From: a virus
Length of the DNA: 64,000 nt
Direction: 5' to 3' (one strand)
IMG/VR virus record: IMGVR_UViG_3300025647_000019
Coordinates: 29,965-93,964 of that record
Shown here piece by piece: positions 55,591 to 64,000 of the stretch. The number at the start of each line of letters is the position of its first letter. Within the stretch, counting starts at the first letter, position 1. The position numbers and the translations under genes were made by a program. The notes beneath the pieces were generated by a model, which was given only the letters and a program-made list of their open reading frames with translations, was not told the origin of the DNA and searched no databases.

Positions 55591-56904
55591 ATGTGCGGAA
55601 TAGCAATTAGAAACATTAAGAACTCAAACTATTATACAAAGGAAATGATTCATCGAGGAATTCTTTCTTATGAAAAGGAATATGGGAATCTTCAAATTAT
55701 TCATGAGCATCTTCCAATTCAAAGTTTGGATCTGGATTATCCTATAATTGAAACTGAAAAATATATTGTTCTTTTTAATGGAGAAATATTTGATCACGAT
55801 AAAAAAGACGATTTAGAATATCTAAAAGAAGTTTTTGAAAATTCTAAAAATATATTCAATGCAATTGAAGAAATAAAATATAAAGATGGATTTTATTCGT
55901 TTATAGTTTTAGATAAAGAAGAAAATAAAGTTTATGCTTTTACAGATCCTCTAGGAAAAAAGCAACTATATTATTCTGAGGGAAGTGGAATTGCATCGGA
56001 AATCCGTGGATTGAACTCCATTAAAAAATTCGATCATACTTATTTTGGGACAATTCTTAAATGGGGATATAATACAGACGATAGAACTCCTTTTATTTCT
56101 GTAAAAAGAATTTTACCAAATAAAATCTATACGTTTAATATTGAAATTGAACTTCGGGGAATTAAGAATGATTATTTTGATTTCTTTACTGATAGAACTT
56201 TTTATGGCAGTCCAAGAGATATTATTTATTATACTCTAGAAAAAGCTACACAAAATAGATTAATTGGTCATAAGAAAATTGCTTTATTGCTTTCAGGAGG
56301 TTTAGATAGTAGCATTATTAATCACCATCTCAGTAATGCAGATGTAGTATCTTATACGGTCGAAAATCAAGAAGATATAGAATTTGCTCTTCAGCTTAGA
56401 CCTGATGCTAAAAGAATTAAATTCGATCAATTTGATTTCAAAGATCCTATGTTAGCTATGGAAATGCCAGTAGATCTAGGAAGTATGATTCCACAATATA
56501 ATCTCTGTAAAAATATTAGCGAAACTGTTATCATAACTGGGGATGGAGCTGATGAACTTTTTGGTGGATATAAAAGAATCGCAGAATATGATTCACAAGT
56601 TTCTGATGTTTTTGATGAACTGAGTTATTACCATCTTATTAGATTAGATCGAATGTCAATGTATTTTACAAAAGAACTTCGAAGCCCTTTTTTGAATTTA
56701 GATTTGGTTCGATTTGCTCTTTGCTTACCTCGTGAAGACAGAATGAATAAAAAAATTCTAAAGGAAACTTATAGCGGGATTCTTCCTGATGAAATTATTA
56801 ATCGGAAAAAGACTGCTCTTAAAATTAATAGATGTGCTCAGGATCCTTATGGTTATCGTAAAGAAATGATTAATTGGTTTATGAAAGGAAAAATTAATGG
56901 TTGA
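55591..56904 (+). CDS. Asparagine-synthetase-like glutamine amidotransferase (Ntn + PP-loop)
   Basis: MCGI, FNGEI, DPLGKKQLYY, LSGGLDSS, TGDGADELFGGY, LRSPFL. Confidence 0.9.
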   Translation: MCGIAIRNIKNSNYYTKEMIHRGILSYEKEYGNLQIIHEHLPIQSLDLDYPIIETEKYIVLFNGEIFDHDKKDDLEYLKEVFENSKNIFNAIEEIKYKDGFYSFIVLDKEENKVYAFTDPLGKKQLYYSEGSGIASEIRGLNSIKKFDHTYFGTILKWGYNTDDRTPFISVKRILPNKIYTFNIEIELRGIKNDYFDFFTDRTFYGSPRDIIYYTLEKATQNRLIGHKKIALLLSGGLDSSIINHHLSNADVVSYTVENQEDIEFALQLRPDAKRIKFDQFDFKDPMLAMEMPVDLGSMIPQYNLCKNISETVIITGDGADELFGGYKRIAEYDSQVSDVFDELSYYHLIRLDRMSMYFTKELRSPFLNLDLVRFALCLPREDRMNKKILKETYSGILPDEIINRKKTALKINRCAQDPYGYRKEMINWFMKGKING

Positions 56905-57775
56905 ATCAAAACATATAAATAAAATTACTGCTCAAGAAGCATTACTTTTTAGAAAAGAAATTCCTGAGGATTATCATTGCAATTGTGAATATTGTAGAGA
57001 AAATTTTATTGGAGAAATTTTTAATACTGATGTAGGAAAATATTATTCACAAAGATGTAGAAATTCTTATTATCCAAAAGATACAGAAAAGAAATTTAAA
57101 CATCTCGATGTTGGTCATTGGCCTGGTTATAGATTTGCAGTTCACCATTATACTAATCCAGGGGATATTGTTTTTGATCCAACGGTAGGATCTGGAACTG
57201 CCATTGCTGAGGCAGAAAATAATCATCGAAGAGGTATTGGGGTAGAATTAGAGTTTCCGGAAGTAGCTGATTTTTTTTGTAATGGAAGAGGTACTGTTAT
57301 TCATGGAAATGCTCTGAAAGTTAATCCTGATGATTTTTTAGAAAAAGAATCAATTCAACTTTTAATTAATGGTACTCCATATCCAACAGTAGGAGCAGTT
57401 TCTTCAGATGCTCCAGAAAGAAAAACTGAAGGGTCTTTAAAAGATTATATGCACAAAGAAAATTTAGGAAAACTTAAACTTGATGAATATTATGATATTA
57501 TCCCCCATCTTTATCTTCGATGGATTCCTTATATTAAAAAAGAGGGATATCTCGGGATTATTATTAAAGACATGATGATGAATAAAGAGCCTTATTTACT
57601 TCACAAATATATTATAGATAGCATTTTGGAAAAAACAGATGAACTTGTTTATGATAGCTGTTTTATTCACAAACATACCCCTTCAACAATGTTTATGAAC
57701 ACTTATCCTAAAAGATTCCCCGGGATTAAAATCCCCCTTTATCAAACTGCTATTATACTAAGGAAAATTAAATGA
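56897..57775 (+). CDS. Atypical amino (N4/N6)-methyltransferase-like protein
   Basis: Motif I VFDPTVGSGT, G.GVEL; motif IV appears as NGTPY instead of (D/N/S)PPY. Confidence 0.75.
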   Translation: MVESKHINKITAQEALLFRKEIPEDYHCNCEYCRENFIGEIFNTDVGKYYSQRCRNSYYPKDTEKKFKHLDVGHWPGYRFAVHHYTNPGDIVFDPTVGSGTAIAEAENNHRRGIGVELEFPEVADFFCNGRGTVIHGNALKVNPDDFLEKESIQLLINGTPYPTVGAVSSDAPERKTEGSLKDYMHKENLGKLKLDEYYDIIPHLYLRWIPYIKKEGYLGIIIKDMMMNKEPYLLHKYIIDSILEKTDELVYDSCFIHKHTPSTMFMNTYPKRFPGIKIPLYQTAIILRKIK

Positions 57776-58332
57776 ATAAAAACGTAATAGCTCACGAATT
57801 AGGTCATGCCATTGTTGGGTATTTAATGGATAAGGATTTTTGGCCAACAAATATTGAATTATATTCAAATGATCATAAAGTAAAGGCGGCATGTATTTTT
57901 GAATCTAATAGAATGGAAAAACCTAAATTATCTGGTACAAAATATGTGTCAGATCTTGGTGGGCTTATTGGCGAAATGATATGGGAAGGAAGTTGGAGAG
58001 TTTGGGGAGCTTCGTATGATCTTGATTCAATTGCTGGTTCTGGAAATAATAAGATAGCAGTTGAAATTGATAATTGGATGTGGATGGAAAATGGACCAAA
58101 GTCTTATCATGGACTAATGGCAAATATGTCCAGAAGTAAACGGAAAAAAATATATGTTGATGAAAGCTTTACACAATATAAATTGCCAAATGTTTGGAAA
58201 GTCTATAAAAAGGTTTTAAAAAATATCAATTCTGAAGAATTTAGAAATATTGTAAATGAAATTTATAAAGAAAAATTAAATAAAATCTTATATAAGAGAT
58301 TACATGGTTATATTCAAAGGATAGTTAAATGA
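57772..58332 (+). CDS. HEXXH metallopeptidase (M41/FtsH protease-like domain)
   Basis: IAHELGHAIV, LGG.IGE, GASYD. Confidence 0.7.
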   Translation: MNKNVIAHELGHAIVGYLMDKDFWPTNIELYSNDHKVKAACIFESNRMEKPKLSGTKYVSDLGGLIGEMIWEGSWRVWGASYDLDSIAGSGNNKIAVEIDNWMWMENGPKSYHGLMANMSRSKRKKIYVDESFTQYKLPNVWKVYKKVLKNINSEEFRNIVNEIYKEKLNKILYKRLHGYIQRIVK

Positions 58333-59072
58333 AGGTTTTAGAAAATGGTTATATCAATCTGATTGATGTTATGGGTGACGATCTTAGGATTGTTAATGCC
58401 GCAAGAAAGTCTTTCGGATCCAGAACATATTCTTTTGGACCAAAGGAAAAGAAACTTCTCAAATATCTTTGGGATAATCAACACACTTCTCCATTCGAAA
58501 TGGTTGAGTTCATGTTTGAAGTCAAGGCTCCATTGTTTGTGGTTCGCCAATGGCAACGTCATAGGACTTGGAGTTATAACGAAGTGAGCAGACGATATAC
58601 TTCAGACGGTTTGGATTTTTACGTTCCAGAAAAAATAAGAACCCAAGCAAAGGATAATAAACAAGCATCAGATGGATTTTTGTATGAATCTGGAAGTAAA
58701 TTTATTGTTGAAGCGATAAAAGAACACAATGAAGATTGTTTGTCTTTTTATGAAAATCTAATCAATGAAGGTTGTTGCCGTGAACAAGCAAGAATGGTTC
58801 TCCCTCAAAATATGATGGTGGAATTTGTGGCAAAGGTTGACCTTTCAAATCTGATAAAGTTTCTTAGACTTCGAAACCATCCTCATGCTCAATGGGAGAT
58901 TCAAGAGTACGCAAGAGCAATTGAAAAGTTGATTGAACCAATCGTTCCTGAAACTATGAAATTATATAGGGAAACAATACCAGCAACGGTTGGTCCAGTT
59001 CAAGAGCGAAAAATTGTGCCACTAAATGAAGAAGAATTCAATCCAACTTTTGATGGAGATGGGAGTGAATAA
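58329..59072 (+). CDS. thyX: Flavin-dependent thymidylate synthase
   Basis: H.SPFE, RQWQRHRTWSYNEVSRRY, EQARMVLP, AQWEI. Confidence 0.96.
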   Translation: MKVLENGYINLIDVMGDDLRIVNAARKSFGSRTYSFGPKEKKLLKYLWDNQHTSPFEMVEFMFEVKAPLFVVRQWQRHRTWSYNEVSRRYTSDGLDFYVPEKIRTQAKDNKQASDGFLYESGSKFIVEAIKEHNEDCLSFYENLINEGCCREQARMVLPQNMMVEFVAKVDLSNLIKFLRLRNHPHAQWEIQEYARAIEKLIEPIVPETMKLYRETIPATVGPVQERKIVPLNEEEFNPTFDGDGSE

Positions 59073-59302
59073 TGTTCGGATTAGAAGACGACCTTTATAG
59101 TAAAATTGAAAAGTTAACAACAAAGGGTGATGCATTGGCTCTTTGGATTTGTGATAATTATGATAAGATTCAAGAATTAAAAGATATGAATTCACATGAA
59201 TCAAAGATGCTCCATAAACTTTTAAAAGATTGGGGCGATGCAAAAAGATTTAGTCCTTGGATGTATAAAGAGGGGCAACAAGAGAAGTTCAAAACTTTAT
59301 AG
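59072..59302 (+). CDS. Hypothetical protein
   Basis: Coupled ORF. Confidence 0.45.
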   Translation: MFGLEDDLYSKIEKLTTKGDALALWICDNYDKIQELKDMNSHESKMLHKLLKDWGDAKRFSPWMYKEGQQEKFKTL

Positions 59303-59311
59303 GGGGGAATA

Positions 59312-59611
59312 ATGTTAGAAATCATACTTTTTATAATAATTTTTATTTTAGTCTTATTGGTTTTAGTTGAGGGAATTATAATTCGGGGTTTTTTAAAAAC
59401 TGATAAAATTGATTCCGAATATAAACCTGCAGCTTTAACCGGTAGGGAAATTGAAGCAATTAGGAGAAAATTAGAAAGCATAGGAATGAATGCTATTAGT
59501 AGGGCTGATGTAGCTAATTTAATAAGGACTTTTCAATTAATAGTTCTTGGTGTTTATGAGGACAAGGATCCTTATGTTCCAGCAGATCCCTATGAAGATA
59601 TACCCCAATAA
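59312..59611 (+). CDS. Hypothetical membrane-anchored protein
   Basis: N-terminal TM helix. Confidence 0.5.
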   Translation: MLEIILFIIIFILVLLVLVEGIIIRGFLKTDKIDSEYKPAALTGREIEAIRRKLESIGMNAISRADVANLIRTFQLIVLGVYEDKDPYVPADPYEDIPQ

Positions 59612-59700
59612 AATATATACTTATGGGAATAAGAGGAATGTCTCTGTTATAAAGTGATTATTTCCAATCATTTATCAGGGGCATTTTTTTGTGTTTTTTA

Positions 59701-59729
59701 TTTACTTTTATCCGGGATTAATATATAAT
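59701..59729 (+). promoter_or_regulatory. sigma70-like early promoter TTTACT-17-TATAAT with T-rich upstream tract
   Basis: Exact spacing; heads a run of small genes. Confidence 0.75.
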
Positions 59730-59770
59730 AGACCTATCAGTTAAACAAACACCTTTCAAGGAGTTCCCCA

Positions 59771-60115
59771 ATGTTCAAGATCTATTACGCCGGCAAGCTT
59801 AGCAAAATGCCTCAAGGTCCCGTTCGGGACGACTTCACTAACAAGGTTATTGATTTGACGTTTGGCTGGGATTTCTACATCGAACGCCACGATGGCCTCG
59901 ATCTTGATGAAACTCACACTTTTGTTGGTATCACTGATCTGACCGATCCTGAAGAGATCTTTTACAAATATAATATGGAAATCGATGAAGATTTCGCCGA
60001 ATATATTTACAACTCTGATGCTACTCATACTAGCATGAGTGTTGGTGATGTTCTGGTCGATACAATGACGGGCAAGAGGTACTTCTGCGACCGAATTGGT
60101 TTTACAGAGGTTTAA
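59771..60115 (+). CDS. Hypothetical early protein (SMSVGDV motif)
   Basis: AAGGAG RBS; TSMSVGDVLV motif common in phage early proteins. Confidence 0.55.
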   Translation: MFKIYYAGKLSKMPQGPVRDDFTNKVIDLTFGWDFYIERHDGLDLDETHTFVGITDLTDPEEIFYKYNMEIDEDFAEYIYNSDATHTSMSVGDVLVDTMTGKRYFCDRIGFTEV

Positions 60116-60117
60116 CA

Positions 60118-60363
60118 ATGAATTCCTACGATCCAAATAAAACCTATGTTCTCGCTCATAATGATTGGTGTGTCAGTACACAGTATCCAGTTTATAATAA
60201 TGAAACTCATGAGGTGATTAATAAACACGAACTTCACATTTTCAGTTGGCAAGGTCGTAAATTAATTAAACATAAATCCTATGGAATGTTGTTCGATAGT
60301 TCCGAAGAAGCTCGGGAATATGCTTTTAACCTTGGATTTTTGAAGGAGTACAATCATGGATAG
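60118..60363 (+). CDS. Hypothetical protein
   Basis: ORF with GAGG RBS. Confidence 0.45.
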   Translation: MNSYDPNKTYVLAHNDWCVSTQYPVYNNETHEVINKHELHIFSWQGRKLIKHKSYGMLFDSSEEAREYAFNLGFLKEYNHG

Positions 60364-60589
60364 CAGAAAGACAAACAGTCATCATGATCTTCGACATGGG
60401 GGTCCCTGGGATCGTGGAGCAGCCGATAGCTATTATCATCGGCCGAGATCTCCTCATTATTATGTCGGCAGTACTGGAACTTCACTTAGAATTGACGAGG
60501 AAAATATGACAGAAGAAGAGCTCCGGGATTACTACGAGGGCTATGAATGGAATGAAACCTTTGGAGACAAGAAAGATTGGGGATGGTAA
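60356..60589 (+). CDS. Conserved phage hypothetical protein
   Basis: HGGPWDRGAADSYY.R...PHY...GD.KDW motif. Confidence 0.6.
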   Translation: MDSRKTNSHHDLRHGGPWDRGAADSYYHRPRSPHYYVGSTGTSLRIDEENMTEEELRDYYEGYEWNETFGDKKDWGW

Positions 60590-60590
60590 A

Positions 60591-60824
60591 ATGAACAAAA
60601 TTATAGATGAATTATCAGTAGCTGGATATTGGGATGAGTTTTGCTTTGTTTGTCAAACTCACACATATCAGCCAGAAGGATTTTGTTCGGTTTGTGGATG
60701 GTGTGATTACCTTAATGATTATATGACTGAAAGGGAGTATAAGAATCGTGAAACTTTGGATGACGTTTTTGCTCGTGTGGACGCTAGGTTTGATAATAAT
60801 AGGATTGCTGCCAAGAAAAAGTGA
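60591..60824 (+). CDS. Small zinc-finger protein
   Basis: CFVC...CSVC. Confidence 0.45.
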   Translation: MNKIIDELSVAGYWDEFCFVCQTHTYQPEGFCSVCGWCDYLNDYMTEREYKNRETLDDVFARVDARFDNNRIAAKKK

Positions 60825-61227
60825 AGTAGTAATTCAAGAAATTGAAATAATTTCTGAACCTGACACTTTGAAATTTGAAGACCCAGATTGGGTTTATCCA
60901 GAATATATTGATGTCACTGTAACTGTATATCATGCTGTTGAATCACAGACAGATGATACACCACATATAACAGCAGATGGGACGGTAATTGATGTACGAA
61001 ATGCTGGACAATATAGATTTTGCGCTCTTTCACGAAATCTTTTGGAACGTTGGGATGGTCCTTATAGTTATGGTGACACTGTTTTTGTTGAAGGTGCTGG
61101 ATCTCTTTCGGGTCCATGGATCGTCAAAGACACGATGCACAAAAGATGGGAAAACAGAGTAGACCTTTTGGTTGATGTTGACACAAGACCCTATAAATTT
61201 GAAACTGCAAAGTTAAGGAGTTTGTGA
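60748..61227 (+). CDS. 3D-domain (MltA-like) cell-wall protein with N-terminal anchor
   Basis: VTVYH....QTDDTPHITADG, ALSR, YGD.V, KDTM..R...RVD. Confidence 0.8.
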   Translation: MKLWMTFLLVWTLGLIIIGLLPRKSEVVIQEIEIISEPDTLKFEDPDWVYPEYIDVTVTVYHAVESQTDDTPHITADGTVIDVRNAGQYRFCALSRNLLERWDGPYSYGDTVFVEGAGSLSGPWIVKDTMHKRWENRVDLLVDVDTRPYKFETAKLRSL

Positions 61228-61368
61228 TGTTGGCAATTTCAATTATGAAATGCATGTCGGTAGTTGGAATTGTGACTTCACTAATGTCAATGACAAATGA
61301 AAAAACAATTTCTGGTGAAATGGTAGTTGGATTCATAATCTTTTTGGCTTTGTTTATCATTACAGATT

Positions 61369-61563
61369 ATGTTTCAAATCTTAAGAGAAAGTAGGTCTGT
61401 GATGAATATGACACCGAAAGGTTATAAATGGGTAAAGAACACAATTACCACTGGATATCGGATGATAAAAGAAATCGATCCAAGTGGGAATATTCATGTT
61501 ACACACGAACCAATTGAAGAATCAAACTGGGTTTTGGTTCCTATAAAAAATAGGAGTTTGTGA
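61369..61563 (+). CDS. Hypothetical protein
   Basis: ORF. Confidence 0.35.
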   Translation: MFQILRESRSVMNMTPKGYKWVKNTITTGYRMIKEIDPSGNIHVTHEPIEESNWVLVPIKNRSL

Positions 61564-61751
61564 TGGAATGGTCTTTGACTTCAGTTTTAATCGGTGCAGT
61601 TATCGCATTTATTATCACATTGCCAATTCGTATTGGTGAAGAATATAATAAGAATAGAGAATATTGGGAATTGAAAGTCACTTGGGAACCTTGGTTGATT
61701 TCACTTGGACTTTTGATAATTACATTAATGTCTTTGGAGGTATGGAGATGA
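61560..61751 (+). CDS. Small two-TM membrane protein
   Basis: Two hydrophobic segments; AGGAG RBS. Confidence 0.5.
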   Translation: MMEWSLTSVLIGAVIAFIITLPIRIGEEYNKNREYWELKVTWEPWLISLGLLIITLMSLEVWR

Positions 61752-61963
61752 ACCATTATGACGATCATGGGGTTGGGGATTTAAAGGCTGAAATTAAACA
61801 CCTTAATCTTGTTATTGAAAGATTAACAGAACAGAAGAAATTTCATAAAGAACGAAATGATGAATGGATAAAGCAAGCAAATTATTATAAAAACAAATGG
61901 GTTACTCTTAAACGTCTTGTTTTTGAATTCAATACTCAAGCAAGAGAAAAGGAATGTTTGTGA
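61748..61963 (+). CDS. Hypothetical coiled-coil protein (MNHYDDHGVGDLKA N-terminus)
   Basis: GGAG RBS; N-terminus duplicated at 62461. Confidence 0.5.
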   Translation: MNHYDDHGVGDLKAEIKHLNLVIERLTEQKKFHKERNDEWIKQANYYKNKWVTLKRLVFEFNTQAREKECL

Positions 61964-62250
61964 TGAGACTTAAATTATGGAGAATTTTAATTTGTTGTGT
62001 TGACAGTTATAAAGAAAAATTTCCATACAATTTGTGTGACCATCATTATTTTGAAACACCGCAAGAAGTTGATGATGCTTATCATATGATGTATAAGCAT
62101 TATGGGTATAGAAGGAGATTATTTAACAGAAATGAAATATTCAATATAAAAATTGAAAAATGGATTAACCCACAATCTACTTTACCAACTGGACGGTGGA
62201 TTGAAGTAACACTTAAAGATTTATATAAATCAGATGAGGAATTATATTAA
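61954..62250 (+). CDS. Hypothetical protein
   Basis: ORF. Confidence 0.4.
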   Translation: MFVMRLKLWRILICCVDSYKEKFPYNLCDHHYFETPQEVDDAYHMMYKHYGYRRRLFNRNEIFNIKIEKWINPQSTLPTGRWIEVTLKDLYKSDEELY

Positions 62251-62460
62251 CGATGATTTTAATTAAAGTTATTATTATGATAATAATTGTATACATTCTT
62301 TTAGCAATGTCGTATAATGAAGATTAGTGAAACGTGATAGTGGAAATAGGGATTTTACAGATTACGATATGGGATCATTAAGACTTCCTATTGATGTTGA
62401 CTTCTCCGAAAAGTATTTGAAGGTTAAACAAATCATTGTTGTTTTTGAAGGGATTGAATA

Positions 62461-62877
62461 ATGAACCATTATGATGACCACGGGGTTGGGGATTTAAAGG
62501 CCCGCATTTCAGAACTTGAAGATGAAATTAAACAGCAAGCTATTATCATTGGAAAGAGTATTGATGACAATGATAAGGTTGTGATGGAATTTCGTGGGAA
62601 AGAAATTGAATACGAAAAGCGTATTGCCGAACTTGAGGCCAGGGTGGCGCAGATAAAGGAGTTTTCCGATGGAAATATGTACTACATCCCCAGGCGTACA
62701 ATGATGGGCCTGAAGGCCATCCTCTCCGACACCCGCAAGCCGTTGGCTGTGGTGGAGGGGCGGGTGTATATGCAGGACAACTCATCATGGCTTACCGTTA
62801 CAGAGGTTCCGCTGATGCCAGATCAACCCGTCACCGTAGTCGTCATGCCGAAGGAGGGCGGCGATGGCCAAGATTAA
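62461..62877 (+). CDS. Hypothetical protein, chimeric (AT-rich 5' half, GC-rich 3' half)
   Basis: Shared N-terminus; compositional switch near 62620. Confidence 0.5.
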   Translation: MNHYDDHGVGDLKARISELEDEIKQQAIIIGKSIDDNDKVVMEFRGKEIEYEKRIAELEARVAQIKEFSDGNMYYIPRRTMMGLKAILSDTRKPLAVVEGRVYMQDNSSWLTVTEVPLMPDQPVTVVVMPKEGGDGQD

Positions 62878-63220
62878 ATCACACCCGCTTTACTGGATAG
62901 CGCTCGCCCAGCTGCTCGCCGTATTGGTTTTGGCATGGGCCATGCGCGAAATCGTCATTCCAGTGGTGTCTGACAAGACGGACCCGGAGCCACCGGCGTG
63001 GAGAGTGTTGGTACAGAAGCCAAAGATATGGAGGTACATCAGCGTAACCCCAGATTCGATGATGTGGACTGATGGATCAGGACTATATAGCGACCGCTAT
63101 TTCATGGACCATATCATGCCGTCATGTGTCTACGACACCATTATCACGGGGAAGCCCAATCTGCCGAAGGAGGACGCCGATGATCCTACCATTGATGGCG
63201 ATGGATGTGGGCATTTTTAA
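62864..63220 (+). CDS. Hypothetical membrane-anchored protein in GC-rich insert
   Basis: AAGGAGG RBS; N-terminal TM. Confidence 0.5.
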   Translation: MAKIKSHPLYWIALAQLLAVLVLAWAMREIVIPVVSDKTDPEPPAWRVLVQKPKIWRYISVTPDSMMWTDGSGLYSDRYFMDHIMPSCVYDTIITGKPNLPKEDADDPTIDGDGCGHF

Positions 63221-63232
63221 AGGGAGAAAATA

Positions 63233-63463
63233 ATGGCTAAAATTATTTATGAGTTCGACCCAACGGATCCAAATGAAAAATCTTCAATTGCCGTTCATGA
63301 TATGGCATGGGGTATGTGGCATGTATTGTGGAATATTAAAAACAATTACAGAAATAATGCTGACCATGGGGACGAAGAAACTTGTTTAATGTATGAGAAA
63401 ATGCTTTTTGATCTCATGGATCTATTTCATGATTATGGAGTTAACTTAGAGAGAGTTGAATAA
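63233..63463 (+). CDS. Hypothetical protein
   Basis: GGGAG RBS. Confidence 0.5.
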   Translation: MAKIIYEFDPTDPNEKSSIAVHDMAWGMWHVLWNIKNNYRNNADHGDEETCLMYEKMLFDLMDLFHDYGVNLERVE

Positions 63464-64000
63464 TGGCAGACTGGAAAACACTTGAAGGAATTCCTATTGA
63501 GGACATTTACGAAGCTATTCGTGAAGAAAACCAATTAGCACTCGATGCTGGTGGTGCCGTTATAGCATACATTGGTGTTGATGGTCAGAACCTTGGACAA
63601 AGAGGAACATCATTTGTTCAGTGTGTTGCTATTCATCATTACGATGATTGTGCTTCTGGTAAAGGTGGACGGGTTTTTTATGTTCGTCATATTGAGCGTA
63701 GATATAATAATCGTCAACAAAGACTTCTTCGTGAAGCAGAGTTAGCAATAAAGCTTGGACAAAAAATGGAGCCACTTTTTTCGGAATTGGATATTCCATT
63801 TGAGGTTCATGCTGATGTGAACTCTTATGCTGGGAAGAATAAAGAGAACAAGTCTCACGAAGTTCATGATGCCGTTAAGGGCTGGATTGAATCAATGGGT
63901 TGGGTTTGCAAAACAAAGCCTCATGCATTCGTTGCCAGCATCGTTGCTGATCGTCACACAAGAGGAACCAAACCTGCAAGGGGAAGACCTTTTGGAAAAA
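63463..64000 (+). CDS. YkuK/DUF458 RNase H-like protein (runs off window end)
   Basis: Translated by hand: YIGVDGQ, GKGGRVFY, RLLREA..A, EVHADVN, KP.AF.AS.VAD. Confidence 0.75.
   Translation, partial: MADWKTLEGIPIEDIYEAIREENQLALDAGGAVIAYIGVDGQNLGQRGTSFVQCVAIHHYDDCASGKGGRVFYVRHIERRYNNRQQRLLREAELAIKLGQKMEPLFSELDIPFEVHADVNSYAGKNKENKSHEVHDAVKGWIESMGWVCKTKPHAFVASIVADRHTRGTKPARGRPFGK

Larger units (their letters stand above)
61748..62501 (+). repeat. 41-bp dispersed repeat (61748-61788 and 62461-62501)
   Basis: 38/41 identical; all three differences are synonymous. Confidence 0.85.

Noticed and set aside
55591-56904. Housekeeping asparagine synthetase
   Set aside because: Shorter than typical AsnB and located in a nucleotide-modification context; not excluded biochemically.
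1-64000. Numerous minus-strand and nested ORFs in the ORF track (e.g. 9231-9566, 22913-23203, 59756-60136)
   Set aside because: Antisense or out-of-frame shadows of well-supported genes, without RBS or motifs; only 8322-8810 is credible on the minus strand.
1-64000. Stop-codon reassignment, inteins or introns
   Set aside because: Core genes (PolB, NrdJ, DnaB, RecA, sheath) are intact and of normal length under code 11; TAA, TAG and TGA all terminate genes.
1-64000. CRISPR array, tRNA or rRNA genes
   Set aside because: No regularly spaced repeats or cloverleaf/T-loop signatures seen; intergenic spaces are short. A tRNAscan/Infernal run would be needed for certainty.

Overview
AT-rich segment of a large, T4-like-architecture myovirus (probably a jumbo phage), standard genetic code, almost all genes on the + strand. 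Layout: (1) 1-14156 virion module: C-terminus of a gp23-like major capsid protein, neck proteins, tail terminator, sheath, a tail-assembly chaperone pair with a likely programmed frameshift, a lone inverted tail tube gene, tape measure and baseplate proteins. Small ORFs sharing an N-terminal MKKSELKELIKECxLEE leader are interspersed. (2) 14172-30826 replication and nucleotide metabolism: a miniature family A polymerase, SSB, RecA/UvsX, 5'-3' exonuclease, a porin-like gene, DnaB helicase, class II RNR, dNMP kinase, dUTPase, family B polymerase, dCMP deaminase. (3) 30844-38796 late block: holin-like, TM-cupin and amidase genes, then probable head-packaged enzymes (nuclease-like protein, HxGH nucleotidyltransferase fused to an RNA-ligase-like domain, Pol-beta-type nucleotidyltransferase) carrying protease-site-like LxE motifs. 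(4) 39287-54054 a ~15 kb glycosyltransferase / branched-sugar biosynthesis island. (5) 54365-59072 a separately promoted cassette of dimeric dNTPase, cytosine-type thymidylate synthase homologue, asparagine-synthetase-like amidotransferase and atypical amino-methyltransferase, followed by ThyX; this suggests an uncharacterised cytosine modification pathway. (6) 59072-64000 small early genes, including a GC-rich insertion. No tRNA, rRNA, CRISPR array, intein or intron was recognised. All functional calls come from motif recognition by eye; no database searches were run.
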